NCBI GenBank assembly: GCA_977030845.1
Contig: OZ365112.1
Location: forward strand, 14,818,001 to 14,882,000
DNA: 64,000 nucleotides
Direction of reading: 5' to 3'
Origin: Fimbriosthenelais zetlandica
Lineage: Eukaryota
Shown here: one piece after another, positions 1 to 11,700 of the stretch
Numbering within the stretch: position 1 is the first letter of the stretch
Layout: every line of letters begins with the position of its first letter
Position numbers and translations under genes: made by a program
Notes under the pieces: model-generated
Told to the model about the DNA's origin: nothing
The model's database searches: none
Seen by the model: only the letters and a program-made list of their open reading frames with translations

Positions 1-1279
1 TGCATTATTTTCTTATACTTTCTTATTATGTCTCAGAATAAAATGGTGCTGCATTTAACCACACTTATAATTAATGAATGGTTTTCTCCCCGTCTATAAG
101 AACTATGTACTGGACAGTTGAGTAAACTACGGGGAATGACATACCTGCTATGGTGCATGAAAATCCTGGAAATCAAATGAATTCATGTTATATGCGTACC
201 TGTAATTGGACCGAAAAAGTGGAGAGTGTGCGTGGCAGGCAGATATCTCTTGATTCTATATAGGAAAGTTAGGTTCCTGATGACCCGTACTCTTTGAAGT
301 TTTGAATTATGGGGTAGGCCGCTAGCACGGTTCCAAAGATGAATGCTCACAATCTTACTGAATCATTGTGTCAAACTGGAGTGTTTCTGTAGATTCCGTA
401 TAGTATATATTGGTTGCGCATGAGTAAACAGGGGATAGAAAGCTGTTGGCCAAATGCCAAGAGACTGAGACCAATAGAGGTATACAAGTATATTTATTTA
501 TAGATTAACCAATTAAACCCATAAAACATGTCCAAATTAGTATTTTCTAAAGAAACCCAGGATGAAATTCAACTCAGGGTCCTACTGATATAGCACTTCT
601 ACGGAATAAGGAATAACAACGCATAAAAACTACCTCGATAATGTAAATTTGTATAGTCAGGGTATGTAAGATTTCCTCATGTTTAAGCATAGCAGGGCTA
701 TGTATATGGGGCCCATCATGCTATCTACAAACATTTCATTGTAAAATTTTTATCTCAGAATAGGCCTTATAGTTATTGATTGTTGCCAAAGCGATTATAT
801 TGTGTTGATATATTAACGAAGATTCCTACCTTGCCTGCCAAAGTCTGGCACTTCATTTGCCCGTATTAAATCCCTCTGATGGCTTTCTCCTAACAGCTCC
901 CACCTATCTCAGATCAATGCTGATGAGTGTTCACCCCGATTGCCAAGCCTCTCTTTATGACACCTTGCCAACCTTTATCTATGCAATGGCCAAACCATCC
1001 TACATCCAACAAAGTCCTGCGCTGCTATAATTATACCGTTACGAAATCCATTGCACCTGGCCACGAATTCCAGAGCCAATTTTCTGGACAAATATAGTTT
1101 TATAATTACATGTACAACGTACACTATCATTTGTCATTCCGATGAAGGAATATTGAGGGGTAATGCTTTATAAATTATTGTACAGATATGATCTTCAACT
1201 CTAATTTCCAGTACATCAAATTGACAAAATAAATGGACTCACTCCTGTCCTTGCATTTTATACATGAAGTTCTTTAAAT

Positions 1280-3681
1280 GGTCGGTACTTGAATAACGTA
1301 GTCAAGGCAACATTCTAACCAATTGTTCCAACCAAGGAGATAACAGCAGGCGAGAGTATTGAGTCGATCTTTGCATGCTTCAATCGATTTATTTGTATAC
1401 GTTTCAGGCTTTAACACGTTGAAATAAAAACCAACAAGTCCGTTGATGTACTGATGCATCCTTTTATCTGAAAGATATCCTCCTTTCTGAAAGATGACAT
1501 TTATTTACAACACGTATCATACAGTGTGGCCCAGTATCTCCACAGATTTAAGCCTGTGTAGATCAGTCACGGAATTCACACTTGCATATCTCATTGTACG
1601 ATCGTTTGACAATGATTCCCAAATATGTGCACAATGCGTCCCGTCTCACACAAAATCTTTAATACTCCAATACCTATAAGTAAGAAAGTTTAATAGTTCT
1701 CTCAATTATAAGCCTTATTCAGGCAATTGGACTTTTTGATTGCCTTACAATGCTTTATTCCGTTCTGGAAAATAATTCCTATAATATTTACACTGAATGT
1801 GTTATGGATGATTGGAATGTGACAGTTTCAATAAATTTGGCCTAATTTGAACATAATGCTATCGTATTAATCATGAAGGGGAATACAAGCACTTCCTAAT
1901 GCTGAAAATGGAAATGAGAATTTCGATGAAATATAGATGATTGAATGTGGAAGGTGGTTACAATCCACTAGGAAAAGAATTAAAAGAATTAAACTCATGT
2001 CAGCAATCAAAACTGACATAAACCTCAACCAACATTTCATTGCTGATTTTACACACATTTTGTGGTCAATATTTCTTTTCCATCTTAGCTGTGAGAAATG
2101 TTTACAGAGATATATGTGAATGATCCCAGTATCCAACAGAATATTGCACAGATCTCCTTTCCTGGGATAATTATTAAAAACAATCTTGATACATACTGAG
2201 CAATGCTCTGGTAATGCTCTGAATAGTGCTTCCCCACCCATGCTTATCTAGATCGTTTCACATAATATAGAACGGCATGTATACAATATGCACTATACAT
2301 AAAGCAAATACTGACAGCTCTAAATAATACCATAAATTAACGATAATTCTATCCATCAATAATAAATAATTCAGTTACTTTTCAAGATATGCTCTTCGTG
2401 TCAATTGTTTTAGATTATAACTCAGGATAAGTCAAAGTTTTATGGATATGACAGGCCGTAGTCAAATTGGTAGTACTCATCAAATGAACTTATGATTTAC
2501 TACGTAATTTCAGATTTTTTTTAAGTTAAAAAGACGCTTCATTTACACCAATTTCCGTTTTACAATGTATTTTCAGGTGCTCTTCTTTAATCAAACACTC
2601 ACACACACCCATATAAATTCACATGAAATAATTCCATAATTCACCTATATGCAGTCAGTTATATTATGCAGATGCAGTATTTTTGATATGCTCAATTTGA
2701 CAAAGCGCAACATGATTGGGCCGTACATTACAATTATGGATACAGCTAATTCCATTGAATGCTAACGACAATACCGTCGTAAAGAACATCACAAATAGAT
2801 CTACCAACTGATTATATTTTTCCGAAATGCCCCAAACACTGGAGCAAAACATTCTCCTCTCTGTTTATGTCCAAAAAATATTCGGATTTCACAATTCTAA
2901 TTAATACAATATTAATGGCGTCACCTTTTATATTTATCGTCATCAACAGCGTTCATTTTCCAGCACATCTGGCCTATATTCTTCATGCAATATTCTTTCG
3001 TATAATCCTAAAAAAGGTCCTGAAACTAACGAATGAAGTCAATTTTTGCACTTAATAAATATAATAAAGATACACAGGCCAGTAATTTTTCTTTGGAGGG
3101 ATGAGTTTACAGTTTTCATGTGTACATATTTTCCATATTTTACATTACTAGGTGATCCATGAAGATATAATGCACTGTTTTTTTCTTGGCCCAGTGATAT
3201 GTTCCTCAGCACATGATTACTTAACTAGCGTGAAATATTAAACTAAATCAAATATCCGAGTATATAACACACTCTATTATAACAACCATGTAAATATATT
3301 TGCGTCGCTAATACATCATGATAATATATGTACATTTATATGTAGGTAGCCTAGTTCAACGATTGACAAAATAAAAGAAATCGGAAACTGAAATTTGACA
3401 ATAATTATATCTGTTCGGAAATCATAAATTATTCCAATAAGCTATCTATCCTATTATTTCATTTGAAGGACCCATCACAATAATATTGAGTACAATGTGC
3501 AGCTATTTAGGTTCGGAGATATACAGGATACTCACAGAAAATGACACGAGGGTTTATATATACATTTTCACAACACAAGACATGGACTGCAAATGCTTTC
3601 TCATCCATGACACTCAGCATGAATCGTAGAAAAAGTCTCTCATAAATTTTAATTTCACCCGTCAACATGGGACCCTGCACC
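1280..3681 (-). CDS. Possible exons of an unidentified minus-strand gene downstream of AP1AR (3536-3681 and ~1290-1465)
   Basis: 3536-3681 has acceptor ttctttgcgttctag, donor T|gtgagt and an open frame VQGPMLTGEIKIYERLFLRFMLSVMDEKAFAVHVLCCENVYINPRVIF. It joins in phase to an open segment after ggatatctttcag (KRMHQYINGLVGFYFNVLKPETYTNKSIEACKDRLNTLACCYLLGWNNWLECCLDYVIQ). No homology recognised. Confidence 0.2.
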
Positions 3682-3985
3682 CTAGAACGCAAAGAACTGA
3701 CAATTATTCATTAGCACTGTTGCTATCACCGCAGGTTTGAGAAAATTATGCTATGTTAATTATGGGGACGAGGGCAAGTCATACTGCGAAACTACGGTCT
3801 GAAACGTAGGCCTACACCGAACGGTATAAGTTTCAAAGTCCCCTATTATCGCCCACCAGATTACACGTTAGACCCACTTTTAGATTCCCCATGCTATGCA
3901 AAAAGAGGCTGAACCTAAGCAAAAACTCATTAATTCACCAAAGTATACATAATCACATTCCGTCCCCCGTCCCAGTACTGGACCT

Positions 3986-3991
3986 TTTATT
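3986..3991 (-). promoter_or_regulatory. Candidate AP1AR polyadenylation signal (AATAAA)
   Basis: First canonical AATAAA I noticed on the minus strand downstream of the stop codon (~1.5 kb 3' UTR); not verified. Confidence 0.2.
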
Positions 3992-5526
3992 AATTCGCGA
4001 TTTCAATTTTGCGTACGCTATAAAGAAGTAACAATTTAACTTCAATTTACAGAGATCCCAGCTCCTGTTGTTAGAGTGATGTTTTAAGTCTAATACCTAA
4101 GAACATCATTAAACATTTTATGAAAAGATATGCCTATCTTGCGGACTGAAATCACGCATCACATTCGTTCTAAAGGAGCTAACATTACTTAGCTCACACA
4201 GAAGTACGCTGCCACAGCAGTCTGCTTTAATTGTAAACTCAGATGTACATTATATACAATAAAGATGAACAATGATTCATGAGATCAGGCTAGAAAGTTG
4301 AGAAGATGAATGGCAGGTGATTTTAGGACTTGGACATTATAATCTTTCTGTAAATAGGACGTGATTTTAGGCATATTATTTGACTAGCCTAAACCTTCCT
4401 TCACTTAGTTGTGATTTCCGGTTTTCAATTTCACAAAGGAATTCCTTGATGATACCACCTAGTTCTGTTCTACAAAGTGATTAAAAGCTTCAGTCTTCAT
4501 GAATATTGCAAGAAATTTCAAGAGAATAATGATAATCAATTACAATAAAATCATTTTCAAATACTGAGAATACAGAATTCGAAGATTCCATCTGTTGAGT
4601 TCAAAATACTTGTAGGTTATTTTATCACAAACAAAAACGTTAGAAGCCTAGACTTGATAATATATAATATGAAGTAATAAGGACCATGTTCTGTACCATT
4701 AGTATAAAGATGGTGCCAATACTCCACTAATCTCTCTGATATTAAACTGATCATATGCCCCATTACTAATCGTGGAATGTAATGGTCTGTTCCTACGACA
4801 AACAATGTAAGTTATAATACTTATACAAAAAGATGCAAAATTTAATGTTTGTGGCGACACAGATGGGTATGTTGATGTGAAATGTGAGGAATTAGCATTA
4901 TGATGATGAATGAAGGCCATACTGCCGTAAATATTGAAGAAATGCTGACAATTCTAACTATGTTTTAATGACAATAAGCACCACGGATCATCCCAGCCTT
5001 TAAAATGGCTTGTCCAATATAGCCTTAGCTCCAGCTTTCTCTTAAAGTAACACCCCGGAAAGATGTTGAATCCATTTCACTGTTTCACGAGGAAATACAT
5101 GATGATATACTTATAGATTCATGATTTAAGAATATAATTAAATACCTAATTTTACTAATGGGAGATTATTTGTATGCTAAAGTCAGAACAAGCCTTATCG
5201 AGTTTCTGAGCTGCATAAATTCATAAATATGTCCATAATTGCACAACGAAATGGTCGAATTTTAGCAGTATTCCTCGTGAATAACCTCAATAGTAACATA
5301 CGTTTCTATGCACCTTTGGTGATTTTGTGGATTGAATTTCTAGAAGAATCGTTAAATATATAGCCACCACGCTATATAGAAGAACAATTGTCACCTCAAA
5401 AGTGAAAACTGGCCAGTAACAAGGACTTTTGACATAACAATCTATAGTAGATACAATGGATTTTTAGAACTGGTCAGATCACTGATTGGTCCGGCTAAAG
5501 GCTGGGGTGTTCCGTTGTTGCTAACA

Positions 5527-5738
5527 TCACCGATCTGCTTCGTCATCTGTGGTTTTCTCCCGACTCAACAACGGCGTTTCATCACCAGTAGTGACGTCAT
5601 CAGCACCGGTGACGTCATCATGGTCCCACTCAAGGTCATTGTCGACTAAATGATGTTTCAACATGGCGGGTTTCACAGCCAGGACCTCCAGGTTGTCCTC
5701 CGTGGGCGACGGCTGGCCCTTCATCAGCGGCTGCATGC
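5527..5738 (-). CDS. AP1AR: AP1AR terminal coding exon 10 (G-MQPLMKG...DLEWDHDD...DEADR*)
   Basis: Acceptor ttgttcatag; TGA at 5529-5527; second LEW motif in the same position as in human. Confidence 0.93.
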
Positions 5739-8700
5739 CTATGAACAAACCAATACAGATATTTATTACTTGCTTTACAATTAAATCAATATTGCAAGAT
5801 TTAGGATATTTTGGCTGATAATAATCGCTACAGACAGATTTTATTAATATCAAATTAAAACGAAAGGTTTTGGATCAATATCATTGTAGAAAATTATGAT
5901 GAATGGGGAATTCTATGAACAAAAGCATCATTAAAGAAATGAAAATATTGCAACCAAAAATAAACATCTGCAGACAGGGCCAATCTTAGTTTCTCTTGGT
6001 TTCCACCAGGTATCGTGCTGGAGCATGCCGTTTGTCAGTATCATCCGAATCAACCCTAGTCTAAACAAACCTTACAGGGGGTTTATACAGTGCTGCCATC
6101 AACCACCGAGTGGTGAAAGCTTACAGCTAACACGTTACAAGGTATCGACTTCCGAAATGGTGAAAATTGTAAAGGCTTCCACAATTTAATTGGATGTCGC
6201 AATACCGCGACAACAGAAAAATATTACGAAACTATTTATTGGTTGTAGTAGGGCTATCTTCTCAATATGCTCTAAAGTTAAATTTAGGCCGTAGATTTCA
6301 TGTTAAAATTTAAGCATAGAAACACATCATGGTCCCGAGGTAGGTCATTAGAACTGATGTAGCCAAGCAATATATCTATCCTTTCTTATAACAAGCCCTG
6401 TAACCAACACCTTGCTTACACTATCCTGCATTATAATACCACAGTAATATCTTGCAGATCAGTAATAAGCTTTGCATGTAACATGCTCTCTAAGTCTTTC
6501 GAACAAGTTAAAATTTTAGATAAAATGGCTACATATACAAGTCATGTCCATGGAGGTTATGTTAATGTTAGTGTAGGTCTGCTTATTAATGTTAGTACCA
6601 TGGCTGAAATCTTAAGTTTATCTGACCTGTTATCTTTCTAACACAACTTCTTCTTCCTGGGACGAATCTGAGAAAATATCAACACATACAAACAAAATGA
6701 CAAACCTGAATAATAATTTAGGGAGAAATAAAACAGGCCAGATATGGAAATGGCATTTTCATCCATTTCCAATTATAATTATAATATACCTCCCTGTACC
6801 CCTATATTATACCGTCATTCACTACAAGATTTATAGTACATATAACTGACAGGGACATAAGGAAACAACACAGCAGCATGCATTCACACAAACATTCAAT
6901 CATCTGAAATACTGAAAAATGAATAGAAAGACTCGTAGGTAAGCTATAAAAGAAGTAAGAAGAATGGGGCTCAATTAAAATATTACAGAGCCAAGAGCTT
7001 TTAGAGAGAGTACTTGAAGCATCATATGAGCTCCTATATATTAAACCTCACTTTGCAACACATGTGTGCATGATTTTCATGTCCTTATACTTGAATAATT
7101 ATGAAAATCATAACTCATGATACGTGGAGGCAAATTAGGGGAGGAAATCCAGTACCAGTACTGAAGGATCAATATGTTTACTAGTGTGGGTGTCAAACCA
7201 TCAAAAAGTCCCAGTAACCGTCAAACATTGCTCAATGTCATAATACTGACATATTCATTGAACAGTTCAGAATATGAAGGTCAGCGAAAATACAAGGCTT
7301 AGCTGCTTTGGCCAACATGTCATAGATCAGAGAGGCATGCCGTCACTAGGCGCAAGATTGGTCATTTCCATAAAGCTATAAGCCAGAAGGAAGAAACAAA
7401 AGGCTAATAAATTAGACTCAGAAAGCGACGAAAGCTCTTAATTGTTTTAGAAATGAAATCAAGGTTTCTACCAGAGTACATCTGTATGCACCGGTATTCA
7501 ACGAGAATCGAGATGTATTATGAAATCTATGATTCCTTTAATTACAGGATATTAGAGAGGTAAATTAATTATCATGAAGGAAATAACGTGATAAACTCTT
7601 CTTCACAGAATCAAATTAATACAGATTCTTTTCAAATTTGCCCCATCGAAGGATATCAAATACGACGATCAAGTTCAAACGAAGCATGTATACTCATAAT
7701 TCAATACTCAGCAAGGAAATCAAGGAGCCATTTTCGTTGTTAAAAAGTACATAAAAATCACATGCATACATGTCATCATACATTTCTTCTTGAATTCCAC
7801 ACGAATTACAACTATGCCAAAGATCTTGCTGCAGCCCATGATATTATATAATAATAGATTCAATGTTCTCATCGCCATAACCTGCTAATCTTAACTGGAA
7901 TGGGAAAGACTTGTCGGAAATCTTCCATGGAATAATAAATCTTGAACCAGTGAATCTATTATTCCAGACATGGGAGAATAGCACATTAGTCACGGAAACC
8001 ATGAATAAATAATGTTCCAGACACCCAACAGACTCCTTTTCCCAACCATCACATAATTCTTACAAACACAAACACTAGACTATAAACACACAGCATCTCT
8101 CGTTGCTCGTGGACAAAAATTGTAAAGGCCTGGAGAGAAAAAAGGGATTAAAATGTTATTACAATGATGGGGAACGTTATTATGGAGCATAATGACTATA
8201 TTAGGAAATGCTCACCTGCTTCATGTTCCCACTCAAGGTCTATAGACGAGGCTTCAGTGTGGGTCTGTTCACCTTGTTCACCTTTGCTCATTTGTGTACT
8301 GCTGCTCGTACTTTGGGCATCTATTGGCACTGTTTAACAAGTAAAATTAAAAAGAATATTTATATGATAATTATTTTAAAGATTTTATGACAATGACACT
8401 CTATTTACTATCCTTGTTTTCCCCATTATTAATCGTATTTAATTATTATAAAATTTGATCGTCGTAGGCCTACAATATAAAGACCCCTCTCCCTAAAAAG
8501 GCCAACTTTAAGCCCACCCACAGTACCCACCCGGAGTACCCATGCACATAGACATAGACATTCAGGATTATAAGGAATCACTTTAGTTACCTTGTGATGC
8601 TAGTACTCGCGTCCGAGCTGCCAGTGACCTTGCTTTTACACTTTCCAAAAACATTTCGAAGTCTTCTTCGTTTGACCTAAAAAAAGATTTGCCATCTTAG

Positions 8701-11700
8701 TAGATCTAATACATAGTAAGTATGTGAAATATAACCCTGTCTCCATTGGGGAACACATCAACCTCAACAACCCTCCCTATAGGAGCGAGGGTAGGGGTAA
8801 ATGCTGTCCATAATGGATTCCCATGAAATGAGCATGGGGCGGGGGCCGATATGACCTAGTGAAAAGAGCAACTCTACAGTAAGAGCTGAGCCAGCAAGTC
8901 TAAATGTCATCCCCACACTGTTGCTGCCACCTACATGGCTGGACACATTGCGGAGATCAATCAAAAGTAGTCCCCGCGTCAAGAGTGGATTTTTCCCCTA
9001 AACACCAAATACGGGATAAGGGCAACACTAGCTTTAAGAGCTTAGTGTAGCAAACATTTCCTTAAAGATTTGGGAGCTCGTGGTGGGATTAACTTGACAT
9101 CCAGACCTAAAGTCCACCGCTCCTTCTGCAAGTTTAGTTTATATCAGAATGGTACCATTCCAGAAATTGATCTATTACAAGTATCTTTGACATTTGGGTC
9201 GAACGATAAGTTTTCTCACGACGATCATCTGTCCCTGCAAAACATTTAACTCACTGAATACTTACATATCCCAGTCATTTTCATCACCCAGCCAGGCACT
9301 AGGTGCTGTTGCTGTGTTGGAGCCAGTTTTGAGAACTAGCTCCCGGTTTTTGTTGGCCTTGGCTGCCCGCGCTGCTTCACGCTTTGCTTCATAGTAGGCC
9401 TCCTCCTCTTGACGTAACTCTTCTTCTTGCCGCACAAGCTGCAAAATTAGTATTGGTATTACTATAGACCAATGTGAGCCAAGATTTGGCGTTACTTTCT
9501 CTATTTTCCTTTTATTATTTTCCTATGATTATTCTAATTGCATTATGGATCATGAAGGAAATATCTCAGACATTGACACTAGAGTAAAGAATACATGATG
9601 ACATTAATATGAAATGGAAAGGTACGCTTAGGATAGGAAGGAACGACTGGGGATAGGATAACACTAAATAACACCAAAAACATACAGAAATAAGATGAGA
9701 AAATTGCGTTGTCAGCATCTTGTCATCCTGATATAGAGTCATTGAACCTCCCACTACTTTTTCACGCGAGGATAATGTTACAGAGGTAATTCAAGCCAGA
9801 AAACAGGCAAAGCTTCTCAATTAAGGTGGTGGGCAATTTTCAAACTTTTGTAATATGAACTTGATGGTCCTATCAAAAAAACAATTTGGACCGCTAATCA
9901 TTATTTGAAATTTCTCATTACAGAAAGTAATCGTCTTTAACTAGGGAATAAAAAGAGGAACAAGGGATAAAACTGCAATATAAACTTTTGCATTCAGAAA
10001 ATAATATTGAAAATGTATTTATGATTTCATATAAATGTTAGACCAGTCATGAACAGACAGGTATTATAATTATAGCAGGCCTCACACCTGGACCTAGAGA
10101 TGTTACCTTGTCATCTAACTCGGTGTCAAGTCTCTTCTGTTCCTCCAGGAGGGTATCAAAATTACGAGAGTTAATGAGCTCTTTCTCTCGTACCGTGACC
10201 ACACTAAACATGCAAAAATAAAACAACAGTAACTCAAAAGACATACTACATATATACCACATAGGCAGCTATATATTACTGGCACATTTATAAGCCTGTA
10301 GAGTGGGAAAGAAACAAAAGAAGTGATAAACCTAAAGGTCAACTGAGAAACACATATCTATAACCATAAATTTTCCTCAAACAACAAAACCTATAGTAGA
10401 GTTCTCCTCATATTTTCATTTCAAGTGGCAACATATTCATGGAGCCTGCAGGAAGGAAATGAAGGAGAACTAAAGTGAGCTAAAGTGTCAGTGGCAAGGC
10501 TTTGAAGTGCACTTGTGCCAAAAGCGAAAAATATGACATGGGAATTAATCTCTAAGAATAGTGAAGAATACTAAGGCAGAAAAACAATAATGTATAAAAC
10601 TCCTAGTGGAAGTCTCAGAGAAGTACAACATCAATCGTATGGACAACACTTCAGTTGCGACTGAAAAGTAAATTTGGTTCAGACAAATCAATAGTCTACA
10701 CCAGACCATTTAAAATATAGTTTTTCTGTGAAATTTAAGGATTGTTCCTATATTTCCGTAATTTATTAAATGACAAGTACTAATAAAAACAGCCAAGGAT
10801 ATTCCAAAAACGTAGCTCGCGAAATTGAATGGTCATTAGTACCGACTAAGGTTTGCTGTCCATTTAATACTTCCGCAGGCAGACAACAAATTGAAAGGTT
10901 GTAAAATATGTGTAGTATTATGACGGGGTTGCTCGCTTACCCATCTCATATAGGACGAGACGGTGAAGGGGCCACCAAGCTGTAATTGTCCTCTGTCAAC
11001 ATGAAAGGATTTGATCAGTAGGGCAAGTTATATATAATTATATCCATGTAAATGCCTTCGGAGTGGAAGATGTAAAAGAAGTCTTAATTAAATACACTTA
11101 ATCAGCTCAATGCAATACCATGGACATATATATATATGCACCAAATATTTAAAAAGGTGAAAAAATGTCCAGAATTTGTCGAAGTTAAGATAAAAAATAT
11201 TCGATGTTATCTGCATTATACTAAATACGAGAAGAATATCCAATAAAAACCTATGTTTACTGACACTAAATGCATCTTGATAACCCAAAGGGCCTTCCAA
11301 AATGGCTCAATTGAGTAACAAAAAAACAGCATCTGAACGCAGCAGAAGCGACCAGAAAAATAAATGCTTGCAGCCATTTCCATGCATGGCAACAAATCCC
11401 ACTGGGGTACTTGGTGTTAATTTCACCATAGTTTTTGCCACTCGTAATTGAACGCCATATTCCGTCCTTTCCGAAACCGTTTCCGGCATTTCCGGTTTAT
11501 GGCGTACTGATACATGACATTATGGCATGGGGCAGCAGCCAGATATGACCCTTATTGTTAATGATCGTTAGAGTTAATCGCACATCTGCCTTCAATGGGG
11601 CTGTGGGTGTGGTTTGTATCATATAGGTATAGACAGTCACTATAAAGCAATGGTTCCTTACTATACTGGGACTTATCACAAGGTACCACGCCCCTGTACA

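Noticed and set aside
1867-2241. 124-aa ORF, and similar ORFs at 54961-55266, 55920-56183 and 58324-58719
   Set aside because: No recognisable domains and no coherent splice chain; lengths are within chance expectation
4880-4955. ATGATGA...CTGA with flanking complementarity as a C/D snoRNA
   Set aside because: Terminal stem geometry is non-canonical, it is not in a same-strand intron, and no rRNA guide was recognised
10941-10992. 52-nt AG/GT-bounded segment in AP1AR intron 5
   Set aside because: Inclusion would frameshift exon 6, and it is not needed for the conserved protein
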